Shown one piece after another: positions 7,853 to 16,111 of a stretch of 25,843 nucleotides of DNA. The notes under the pieces are model-generated. The model worked only from the letters and a program-made list of their open reading frames with translations, searched no databases and had not been told where the DNA came from. The translations under genes were made by a program, and so were the position numbers. Positions within the stretch are counted from its first letter, which is position 1; each line of letters opens with the position of its first letter. The stretch is from a virus. Taxonomy: Duplodnaviria > Caudoviricetes. Location of the stretch: IMG/VR virus record IMGVR_UViG_3300038974_000120, positions 1 through 25,843 of that record, one strand, 5' to 3'.

Positions 7853-9205
7853 ATGATAGAAGGCGTCGATACGGAGTTCAAGGAATTGGACCGAGTGAAA
7901 GGAACATTGCCTGATAGTGTTCCAAAGGAGATTGTAGCCTTTGCAAATACGGGAGGTGGGGAGTTATACGTCGGTATTCGCAATGATGGCAGTGTGATCG
8001 GTGTATCCGATCCGGACGATGTCATGACACGCATTTCCAATGTTGCACACGATACGATATTGCCCGATATTATGCCGTTTATCCAGATTCGTCCTGTGGA
8101 GATGGAAGGTAAACAGGTTATAAAAACGACCATAGCCGTAGGAACAGAGAGACCGTATTATCTGGCGAAAGAAGGATTGAAACCCAAGGGTGTATTTGTC
8201 CGGAGAGGGGCAGCATGCATTCCGCTGAATGAAGCTGGTATCCGAGAGATGATCATGGAGACTTCCGGAAAGTCCTATGAAGAATGCAGAAGCCTAAACC
8301 AGGACTTGACATTTGATTCTTTTCAGGCTGAGATGGCGGCCCGAAATATTGAATTCGGTACCGCTCAGATGAAGACTCTGAAGATGATCGGGAGTGATGG
8401 ACTGTATACAAACCTTGCACTTCTTCTGTCAGACCAATGTGTCCACACCATTAAAGTGGCGGTGTTTCAGGGCGTGGATAACGCAGTTTTCAGAGAAAGG
8501 AAAGAGTTTTCCGGTTCACTACTGAAGCAATTGAACGATGCATATCAGTTCCTTGACTTCTTCAATAAGACGGAAGCAACTTTTACGGGATTGAGGCGTA
8601 CTGATCAGCGGGATTACCCGGAGGAAACGGTCAGAGAAGCTTTGCTCAACAGCATCATACACCGGGATTACCTTTTCTCAGGAAGTTCGATCATTAATAT
8701 GTTCGATGATCACATGGAGTTCATTTCCCTTGGGGGGCTGGTCAGAGGCATTTCAATGGAAGCAATCTTCATGGGCGTTTCTCAATCCCGAAATCCAAAT
8801 CTGGCTGCGGTTTTCTATCGCCTTGGCCTGGTTGAGAGTTATGGAACAGGCATCAGAAAGATCATGAGGCTTTATCAGGGGTGTGAACACAAACCTATCT
8901 TCAAATCCGCTGAAGGAGCCTTTACGGTGGAACTTTTCAACCGTAATGAGAATACGGAGAGTGAAGTGAATTCTGTTACTGACACCATGAACAGCCAATC
9001 TGAGCCTATGCAGGAGATAGAAGAAATTAGAGCCGCTGTTTACCAGAAGGCGAAAGAGCAAGGCACGGTTACGCGCAAAGAAGTAGAACAGGAATTCGGC
9101 TTCGGTTCGACCAAAGCATATAAAGTCTTGAAAGGTCTATGCGAGGCAGGACAGCTGATGCAGAAAAAGAACGGAAACCGGACGGTTTATGTGCCAGTGA
9201 TATGA
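7853..9205 (+). CDS. Moron 1: Schlafen/AlbA_2 domain + HATPase_c_4 ('RecG C-terminal-like') + C-terminal winged HTH protein
   Basis: RBS AAGGAG precedes ATG 7853. AlbA_2 motifs are EGVDTEFKE and IVAFANTGGGELYVGIRNDG. YPEETVREALLNSIIHRDY, SRNPNLA and VESYGTGI mark the HATPase-like region. TVTRKEVEQEFGFGSTKAYKVLKGL looks like a wHTH. AT-richer than the flanking genes. Confidence 0.85.
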   Translation: MIEGVDTEFKELDRVKGTLPDSVPKEIVAFANTGGGELYVGIRNDGSVIGVSDPDDVMTRISNVAHDTILPDIMPFIQIRPVEMEGKQVIKTTIAVGTERPYYLAKEGLKPKGVFVRRGAACIPLNEAGIREMIMETSGKSYEECRSLNQDLTFDSFQAEMAARNIEFGTAQMKTLKMIGSDGLYTNLALLLSDQCVHTIKVAVFQGVDNAVFRERKEFSGSLLKQLNDAYQFLDFFNKTEATFTGLRRTDQRDYPEETVREALLNSIIHRDYLFSGSSIINMFDDHMEFISLGGLVRGISMEAIFMGVSQSRNPNLAAVFYRLGLVESYGTGIRKIMRLYQGCEHKPIFKSAEGAFTVELFNRNENTESEVNSVTDTMNSQSEPMQEIEEIRAAVYQKAKEQGTVTRKEVEQEFGFGSTKAYKVLKGLCEAGQLMQKKNGNRTVYVPVI

Positions 9206-9231
9206 CTCCCAAAAGATGAGAATCAATTATA

Positions 9232-9263
9232 ACCCTGTCGGTCAAAAGCCGATGGGGTATTTT
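9232..9263 (+). terminator. Putative intrinsic terminator of moron 1
   Basis: ACCCTGTCGGT-CAAAA-GCCGATGGGGT followed by ATTTT. Confidence 0.65.
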
Positions 9264-9282
9264 CATGCCCAAAATCCATTTA

Positions 9283-9339
9283 TCTGCATAAAAACACTGC
9301 TTTTTATATGCAGAAAAGCGAAGTCATTGTGCAGAAAAG
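9283..9339. repeat. Three copies of a TRTGCAGA(A/T)AA box (one inverted, two direct)
   Basis: TCTGCATA at 9283-9290 (reverse copy), TATGCAGAAAAG at 9307-9318 and TGTGCAGAAAAG at 9328-9339. Confidence 0.6.
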
Positions 9340-9352
9340 ACTGGAGGTAATC

Positions 9353-9670
9353 ATGCAAATTCAATGCGACAAGTGCTTCGCTGTGTCGGAGACCGTCATG
9401 CCGGAGACTTATCTGGAGGGTGACATCGAGTTCACCTTCTTCCGCTGTCCCGCCTGTGGGGAGCTGTACCCGGTGAGTGCATCGGACACGGAGCTGAGAA
9501 AGGACATCGCGGAATACAGCCGAATGCGGGATGTGATCCGCAGAAAGCCCGTAACTGAGCAGTTCATCCGAAGGGCGGAGGCACTGAAGAAGAAAAACAT
9601 CAAACGTTCACGGGAGCTTATGGAGCAGCATCCATTGGCTCCTTTTTTGCAGCCTGCCACGGCTGAATGA
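9353..9670 (+). CDS. Small zinc-ribbon protein (CxxC...CxxC) with a helical C-terminus, function unknown
   Basis: RBS GGAGG at 9343-9347 precedes ATG 9353. Contains CDKC and CPACG. 105 aa. Confidence 0.75.
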   Translation: MQIQCDKCFAVSETVMPETYLEGDIEFTFFRCPACGELYPVSASDTELRKDIAEYSRMRDVIRRKPVTEQFIRRAEALKKKNIKRSRELMEQHPLAPFLQPATAE

Positions 9671-9704
9671 ATCGCCCCATGTGGGCAGAAAGGAGGGATG
9701 ATCT

Positions 9705-12700
9705 ATGGCTTCAAGAATACAGGGAATTTCCGTTGAGATTTCGGGCGATACTACTAAGCTCACATCCGCATTGCAGGGTGTCAATAAAGAAATCAAAAGC
9801 ACGCAGTCTCAGCTGAAAGATGTCGAAAAACTGCTGAAGCTTGATCCCTCCAACACCGAGCTGATCACACAGAAACAGCGTCTCCTGGGAGACGCCATCA
9901 AGGAGACCAAGGAGAAGCTCTCCACCCTGAAGACAGCGGCGGAGCAAGCAAACGAGCAGCTGGCGAAGGGTGAGATCACCCAGGAACAGTATGACGCTCT
10001 GCAGAGGGAAATACAGGAGACCGAGCAGGCGCTAAAGCAGCTCGAATCTCAGGCTTCCTCCACCAACGCTACGCTGGCAAAGATCGAAGAGGTCGGTGGC
10101 AAGTTTGAGCAGGTCGGGAAGAGCATCAGCAGCGCAGGGAAAACGCTCACCACCCATGTGACAGCTCCTATTGTGGGTCTCGGTGCGGCGGCTGTGAAGA
10201 CCGCTGCGGACTTCGACGAGGGTATGTCCAAGGTGGCCGCTATCTCCGGCGCGACCGGCGATGACCTGCAGGGCCTTCGTGATAAAGCCCGTGAGATGGG
10301 TGCCAAGACCAAGTTCTCCGCGACAGAAGCCGCATCCGCCTTCGAGTACATGGCCATGGCAGGCTGGAAATCGGCGGACATGGTCGACGGTATCGACGGC
10401 ATCATGAGCCTTGCGGCAGCTTCTGGTGAGGACCTGGCGACGACTTCCGATATTGTAACGGACGCCTTGACCGCTTTCGGACTGAAGGCGGGCGACTCCG
10501 GTCACTTCGCGGACATCCTCGCGGCGGCAAGTTCTAACGCCAACACGAACGTTTCCCTCATGGGTGAGACTTTCAAGTACTGTGCCCCTATTGCAGGTGC
10601 CCTGGGCTTCTCCGCTGAAGATACTGCGGAAGCCATCGGCCTGATGGCAAATGCCGGTATCAAGGGAAGCCAGGCAGGTACGGCGCTTCGTACCATCATG
10701 AATAACCTCGCGGGCGAGGTGAAGATCTCCGGCGCGGCGATCGGTGACGTGACCATTGCGACCACCAACGCGGACGGCTCCATGAGGGAGCTTTCCGATA
10801 TCCTGGCTGACTGCCGTGTGGCTTTTTCCGGCCTTTCCGAATCGGAAGCGGCTGCGGCGGCAGAGTCCCTGGTGGGAAAGGACGCTATGTCCGGCTTCCT
10901 TGCTCTGATGAACGCAGCTCCGGAGGATATCGACAAGCTGTCCTCTGCCATTGAAAACTGTGACGGCACGGCGGAAAGCATGGCGGCAACCATGCAGGAC
11001 AACCTGAAAGGGCAGCTGACCATCCTGAAATCCCAGCTGGAAGAGCTGGCGATCTCCTTCGGCGAGCTGTTGATGCCGATCATCCGGAAAGTTGTCGGTA
11101 AGATTCAGGATTTCGTGGATAAGCTGAACGGGATGTCCGATGCCCAGAAGGAGACCATCCTGAAGGTCGCGGCTCTGGCCGCTGCCATCGGCCCGCTGCT
11201 GGTTGTGCTGGGAAAGATGATCTCCACAGTGGGAACGGGCATGAAGGCTTTTGCCAAGCTGGGAAAGGGAATCCTCAAAGTCGGAAACACGGTAAAGAAC
11301 GCGGGAGGCGTGTTCAACGCACTGAAGGTAGCCCTCGGCGGTGTATCCGGGACGGTGCTGGCTGTGGTCGGCGTGATCGCTGTCCTGGTAGCTGCCTTTG
11401 TCAATCTCTGGAAGAACAACGAGGAATTCCGCAACAAGGTCATCGCGATCTGGGACGGTATCAAAGCGAAGTTCCAGGCCTTTGCCCAGGGGATCACCGA
11501 CAGGCTGAACGCTCTCGGTTTTGACTTTAAAGACATCACCGAGGTGCTGAAAGCGATATGGGATGGATTCTGCGCGGTACTGGCTCCGGTATTCGAGGCG
11601 GCGTTTGAGGTTATTTCCACTGTTCTCGGTACGGTCCTTGATGTGCTGACAGGCCTGTTTGATGTGTTTGCCGGGATCTTTACCGGAAACTGGGATCAGG
11701 CATGGACCGGGGTGAAGGAGATTTTCTCCGGGATATGGAACGGCATCAAGGGCATTTTCTCTTCCGTCCTTAACATGCTGAAGGGTATCGCGGATACTTT
11801 CCTTTCCTGGTTCGGCACGGACTGGGATACGGTATGGACGAGCGTGAAGACCTTTTTCGTCAATACCTGGAATTCCATTAAAACTTTCTTCACCAATGCC
11901 ATCAACGGCATTAAAAATGTGGCGACCACGGTATGGAATGCGATCTCCGGCTTCTTTACGACTGTGCTGACCGGAATCAAAACGACCTTCACGATCGTGT
12001 GGAATGCCGTGAAAACCTTTGTCACTAACGCCTGGAATGGCATCAAAACGACGGCCACCACGGTATGGAACGCGATCAGTTCTTTCTTCAGCGGTGTGCT
12101 GAACGGCATAAAAACCGTTTTCTCGACTGTATGGAACGCCATAAAAACCACGGTCACGACGGTTGTCAACGCCATCAAAACCCATATCACGACCGTATGG
12201 AATACGATAAAGTCTGTGGTCACGACCGTAATGAACACTATTTCCTCCGTGATTTCCACGGTCTGGGGCACCATCAAGACGGTGGTCACGAATACGGTGA
12301 ATGGCATAAAGACTGTGATCACGACCGTATGGAACGCGATAAAAACAACCATCACAACCGTGGTGAACGGAATCAAAACCGCGATCACCAGTGCCTGGAA
12401 TGCCATAAAAACGGTGGTAACGACCGTGGTCAATGCCATAAAAAGCGTGATTACCACAGTCTGGAACGGCATTAAAACTACAGTCACCACCATCGGTAAC
12501 GGCATCAAAACTGCGGTGACCACAGCATGGAACGGGATAAAAACAACTGTCACCACGGTGGCCAATGCCGTAAAGACCGGGGTCACCACAGCGTGGAACG
12601 GAATGAAGGCAGCTGTCTCTACGGCGACCACGGCTCTGAAAACAGCAGTGACAACTGCATGGAACGGGCTGAAGACGAGTGTAACGACAACGGTCAATAC

Positions 12701-14564
12701 CCTGAAAACCGGGGTGACTACAGCATGGAACGGACTGAAATCTTTCGTCACCACAGCAATGACCAGTCTGAAGACCAGTGTGTCTACAGCATGGACAAGC
12801 CTGAAAACTTCGGTGAGCAGTACGGTCAATTCACTGAAAACGAGCGTGTCCACGGCATGGACTTCGCTGAAATCCAGTGTTACCAGTACGATGAACAGCC
12901 TCAAGTCCTCGGTTACGTCTGCATGGAACGGGCTGAAATCTACAGTCACCAGTACAGTTAACAGTCTGAAGACGAGCGTATCGACGGCATGGACCAGTAT
13001 AAAGTCCTCTGTCAGCAATACAGTCACCAGCCTAAAAACTTCGGTATCCACGGGCTTCCAGAATATGCTCTCCGCGATTACCGGAAAGATAAGCAGTATA
13101 AAAACGGCAATCACAAACGGCTTTACGAATGCGAAGCAGTCTGTGATGAACGTGGTCAATTCGGCTGCGTCCTGGGGCTCTGATCTGGTAAGCAATATCG
13201 CTTCCGGCATCAGAGGGGCCATCGATAAGGTCAAGAGCGCGGCATCCTCCGTGGCAAGCGCCATCCGGAACTTTCTTCACTTTTCTGTGCCGGATACCGG
13301 TCCTCTGGCGGATATGCAAAGCTGGATGCCTGACTTCATGAGCAATCTGGCAAACGGCATCAGCGGAAATGTGTCTCTGGTGGAGACGGCGGCAAGCGGT
13401 CTGGCGACAGCCCTGTCCACCTCTATCACCAACAGCATGACGGCTGTGCAGACGGCATATACCAATGCCTGGACGCAGATCGCAAGCAGCACAACGACGA
13501 CGGCGACTTCGGTCACCACAGCGGTGAAAACCGCATGGACACAGGTACAGACAGCGACCACCCAGAGCTGGCAGCAGATCGGAAACGTGGTTACCCAGGG
13601 CTTGAACCAGATCCAGAGCGGCATCTCCAAGGTATCCTCCGCGATCAAACAGGTCATGAGTACGGCATGGAGCGGAACAGGGAGCAACACCTCTTCCATG
13701 TGGAAGCAAATGCAGCAAACCATCAATTCCACCTGCACGTCGATGCGTTCCACTGTGACCACGGCAACCGGCGTCATTAAAAACACCATCGCAAACGCCT
13801 GGACTGCTGTAAACAGCAATACCACAACGGCCTGGAACAGCGTGAAAAATACGATCACGACGGCGCTGGACGCGATTAAAACCGCAGTCACGAACGCGAT
13901 GACGGCCATTAAGACCTCGTTCACAAACGCCTTCACTGATATTGCAAGCACGGTCCAGACCAAGATGGCAACAGCCAACACCAATATGACCTCGGCGCTG
14001 AACACAATGAAGACCAACGTGAGCAGTGCTTGTACGGCGATTGCCAATAGTTGCAGTTCCATTCTGGGCGGTATCTCCAATTCGGCATACAGCTGGGGCG
14101 CAGATATCTGTATTGAAATGGCGAGCGGCATCAACAACAATGCCTGGCGCGTGACCAGCGCGGCCCGGAGCCTGGCGAACAGCGTGGACAATATCCTAGG
14201 CTTCTCAGTTCCGGAGGAAGGCCCTCTTTCTCATGCGGATGAGTATATGCCGGACTTCATGGAACTGCTGGCGAAGGGCATCAAGGATAGCCAGCGCGTG
14301 TTTCTGAGCAGCATCCGGGACATGGCAGAGACGGTAGGATCCGCTTTTACCGGGCTTTCCATTCCGGATATCAATGCCGGGCAGCTGGCAATGGCAGGGG
14401 CAGGGGCGGTCGGAGGCGTAACCAACAACCGCACCATCAATATGGGCGGACTGAGCATTGCAGTCAACGGTTATGAAGCAAAGAACGACGACGATCTGGC
14501 GGACACCATCGTCCATCGGATCAATGAAATGCTGAATGAGGATGGCTCGGTGTGGGGTAAGTAA
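9705..14564 (+). CDS. Tail tape measure protein (TP901-type core, Trp-periodic repeats)
   Basis: 1619 aa. N-terminal coiled coil, core motifs (FDEGMSKV, TKFSATEAA, MAMAGW, GIKGSQAGTALR), a hydrophobic segment and long 11/22-aa W-periodic repeats. RBS AGGAGG upstream. Confidence 0.97.
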   Translation: MASRIQGISVEISGDTTKLTSALQGVNKEIKSTQSQLKDVEKLLKLDPSNTELITQKQRLLGDAIKETKEKLSTLKTAAEQANEQLAKGEITQEQYDALQREIQETEQALKQLESQASSTNATLAKIEEVGGKFEQVGKSISSAGKTLTTHVTAPIVGLGAAAVKTAADFDEGMSKVAAISGATGDDLQGLRDKAREMGAKTKFSATEAASAFEYMAMAGWKSADMVDGIDGIMSLAAASGEDLATTSDIVTDALTAFGLKAGDSGHFADILAAASSNANTNVSLMGETFKYCAPIAGALGFSAEDTAEAIGLMANAGIKGSQAGTALRTIMNNLAGEVKISGAAIGDVTIATTNADGSMRELSDILADCRVAFSGLSESEAAAAAESLVGKDAMSGFLALMNAAPEDIDKLSSAIENCDGTAESMAATMQDNLKGQLTILKSQLEELAISFGELLMPIIRKVVGKIQDFVDKLNGMSDAQKETILKVAALAAAIGPLLVVLGKMISTVGTGMKAFAKLGKGILKVGNTVKNAGGVFNALKVALGGVSGTVLAVVGVIAVLVAAFVNLWKNNEEFRNKVIAIWDGIKAKFQAFAQGITDRLNALGFDFKDITEVLKAIWDGFCAVLAPVFEAAFEVISTVLGTVLDVLTGLFDVFAGIFTGNWDQAWTGVKEIFSGIWNGIKGIFSSVLNMLKGIADTFLSWFGTDWDTVWTSVKTFFVNTWNSIKTFFTNAINGIKNVATTVWNAISGFFTTVLTGIKTTFTIVWNAVKTFVTNAWNGIKTTATTVWNAISSFFSGVLNGIKTVFSTVWNAIKTTVTTVVNAIKTHITTVWNTIKSVVTTVMNTISSVISTVWGTIKTVVTNTVNGIKTVITTVWNAIKTTITTVVNGIKTAITSAWNAIKTVVTTVVNAIKSVITTVWNGIKTTVTTIGNGIKTAVTTAWNGIKTTVTTVANAVKTGVTTAWNGMKAAVSTATTALKTAVTTAWNGLKTSVTTTVNTLKTGVTTAWNGLKSFVTTAMTSLKTSVSTAWTSLKTSVSSTVNSLKTSVSTAWTSLKSSVTSTMNSLKSSVTSAWNGLKSTVTSTVNSLKTSVSTAWTSIKSSVSNTVTSLKTSVSTGFQNMLSAITGKISSIKTAITNGFTNAKQSVMNVVNSAASWGSDLVSNIASGIRGAIDKVKSAASSVASAIRNFLHFSVPDTGPLADMQSWMPDFMSNLANGISGNVSLVETAASGLATALSTSITNSMTAVQTAYTNAWTQIASSTTTTATSVTTAVKTAWTQVQTATTQSWQQIGNVVTQGLNQIQSGISKVSSAIKQVMSTAWSGTGSNTSSMWKQMQQTINSTCTSMRSTVTTATGVIKNTIANAWTAVNSNTTTAWNSVKNTITTALDAIKTAVTNAMTAIKTSFTNAFTDIASTVQTKMATANTNMTSALNTMKTNVSSACTAIANSCSSILGGISNSAYSWGADICIEMASGINNNAWRVTSAARSLANSVDNILGFSVPEEGPLSHADEYMPDFMELLAKGIKDSQRVFLSSIRDMAETVGSAFTGLSIPDINAGQLAMAGAGAVGGVTNNRTINMGGLSIAVNGYEAKNDDDLADTIVHRINEMLNEDGSVWGK
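11800..13060 (+). repeat. Degenerate 33/66-nt coding repeats in the tape measure gene
   Basis: Recurrent xWNxIKTxxTT / AWTSLKxSV units, with TGGAA(C/T)G/TGGAC motifs in the DNA. Boundaries are approximate. Confidence 0.8.
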
Positions 14565-14585
14565 CTCTTCATTCTTCCTATATCG

Positions 14586-14696
14586 AAAAATTCTCGCGTA
14601 AATACGCAAAAAATTTACGAGTTCCACTTGCTTTTGCAAATCAAAAGGGCTACAATAGACTCGTCAAAAATTTGCGTGTTTACGCAGAAAATTTTT
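14586..14696 (+). promoter_or_regulatory. sigma70/SigA-type promoter of moron 2, bracketed by a long imperfect inverted repeat with two palindromic operators
   Basis: -35 TTGCTT (14628-14633), 17-bp spacer, -10 TACAAT (14651-14656). Palindromes GCGTAAATACGC (14596-14607) and GCGTGTTTACGC (14674-14685). Inner arm ends are ACGAGT (14617-14622) and ACTCGT (14659-14664). Confidence 0.78.
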
Positions 14697-14707
14697 AGGA
14701 GGTCGTA

Positions 14708-16012
14708 ATGATGGAGTTGGAACGGAGAGAATACCTCCAAAAGCTAATTGCAAAAAAGGATAACGGAAGAGTCAAAATTGTCACCGGTATCCGTCGTTGC
14801 GGGAAATCATATCTCTTGTTCGAGCTTTACACAAAATATCTTTATACGCAGGGGATTGAAGAAGATCAGATCATTGGGATTGCATTAGATGAATTACCCA
14901 ATGCAAAGTACAGGGATCCTTTCGAACTGGACAAATATATCAGGGAGCAAATCACGGATAAGCAAAAACGATACTACATTCTGATCGATGAAATCCAGTT
15001 TGTATCTGAAATCCAAAATCCGTATGTTAACGATCCTCAGGCTAAAATCAATTTTATCGATGTTGTGCTTGGCTTAATGAAAATCAAAAATGCTGATGTT
15101 TATGTGACCGGAAGTAACTCGAAGATGTTATCTTCGGACATTCTCACACAGTTTAGGGATCGGGGGGATGAGATTCGTGTTTACCCGCTTTCGTTTGCAG
15201 AGTTCTATGCTGCGTATCAAGGAGACAAATATAACGCATGGGTTGATTACTACACCTATGGAGGAATGCCGGTTACCCTGACACTCTCTTCGCATGAGCA
15301 AAAGAGCCAATATCTGAAAGATTTATTCACCAGGACATATTTGAAGGACGTAATAGAGAGACACGCTATTCAAAATGACACTGAGGTACTTGAGGACCTG
15401 CTGAATATCATCGCATCTGCGATTGGTTCCTTAACTAACCCGACCAAACTCTCAAATACCTTCGATAGCGAGAAACATTTGAAAATCTCATCCGCCACTA
15501 TAGACAAGTATCTTGGATATTTTTCGGAAGCATTCCTGTTATCCAAGGCGGAACGGTACGATGTCAAAGGAAAAAAGTATATTAAAACTCCTGCAAAATA
15601 TTACTTCACTGATGTTGGGTTGCGTAACGCGAGACTGGGGTTCAGACAGCAGGAAGAGACCCACATTATGGAAAATGTACTCTATTGTGACTTGCTGAGA
15701 CGAGGATTCGACGTCGACGTAGGTGTTGTTGAGCACAATTACAAGAAGGAAGATGGAAAGAGCGCAAGGGTGCAATTGGAAATTGATTTCGTAGTCAATC
15801 GTGGGAATCAGCGATACTACATTCAATCGGCGTTGTCCATTGCCGACCCGGAAAAACGGGCACAGGAGATTAACTCCTTAACGAAAGTCCCGGATTCATT
15901 TAGAAAACTCGTTGTGGTCGGAGATAGGATCAATCCATGGAAGGATGATAATGGAATCCTTTACATTGGGATAGAGCAGTTTCTTCTCGATGAAAAAGCA
16001 ATTGACATGTAG
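14708..16012 (+). CDS. Moron 2: AAA+ ATPase (AAA_14-like) with DUF4143 / PD-(D/E)xK-like C-terminal domain
   Basis: RBS AGGAGG at 14697-14702. Walker A GIRRCGKS, Walker B ILIDEIQ, VTGSNS, YGGMP, KYYFTDVGLRN, MENV and EIDFVV...YIQSA. AT-richer than the flanking genes. Confidence 0.9.
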   Translation: MMELERREYLQKLIAKKDNGRVKIVTGIRRCGKSYLLFELYTKYLYTQGIEEDQIIGIALDELPNAKYRDPFELDKYIREQITDKQKRYYILIDEIQFVSEIQNPYVNDPQAKINFIDVVLGLMKIKNADVYVTGSNSKMLSSDILTQFRDRGDEIRVYPLSFAEFYAAYQGDKYNAWVDYYTYGGMPVTLTLSSHEQKSQYLKDLFTRTYLKDVIERHAIQNDTEVLEDLLNIIASAIGSLTNPTKLSNTFDSEKHLKISSATIDKYLGYFSEAFLLSKAERYDVKGKKYIKTPAKYYFTDVGLRNARLGFRQQEETHIMENVLYCDLLRRGFDVDVGVVEHNYKKEDGKSARVQLEIDFVVNRGNQRYYIQSALSIADPEKRAQEINSLTKVPDSFRKLVVVGDRINPWKDDNGILYIGIEQFLLDEKAIDM

Positions 16013-16027
16013 GAACGTAGAAAAGCC

Positions 16028-16050
16028 GAAGAGCGGAAGAGCGGAAGAGC
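16028..16050 (+). repeat. Short tandem repeat, GAAGAGCG about three times
   Basis: GAAGAGCG GAAGAGCG GAAGAGC, running into the terminator stem. Confidence 0.7.
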
Positions 16051-16078
16051 ATCTTGGAAAACCCCAGGGTGCTTTTTT
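16045..16078 (+). terminator. Intrinsic terminator of moron 2
   Basis: GAGCATCTTGG-AAAACC-CCAGGGTGCTT followed by a T-tract. Confidence 0.8.
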
Positions 16079-16111
16079 CATGCCCTGCGGCAGGGAGAGA
16101 GGAGGATCCCC

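Noticed and set aside
11800-13060. Periodic repeats considered as a CRISPR array
   Set aside because: The repeats are degenerate, in frame and conserved at the protein level. There are no identical repeats with unique spacers and no cas genes.
10032-14191. Long minus-strand ORFs (717, 522 and 304 aa) opposite the tape measure gene
   Set aside because: They are antisense shadows of a codon-biased, repetitive gene, with no recognisable motifs or evident RBS.
7708-16085. Morons 1 and 2 as IS elements or one composite transposon around the tape measure gene
   Set aside because: No transposase motifs, terminal inverted repeats or convincing target-site duplications were found.
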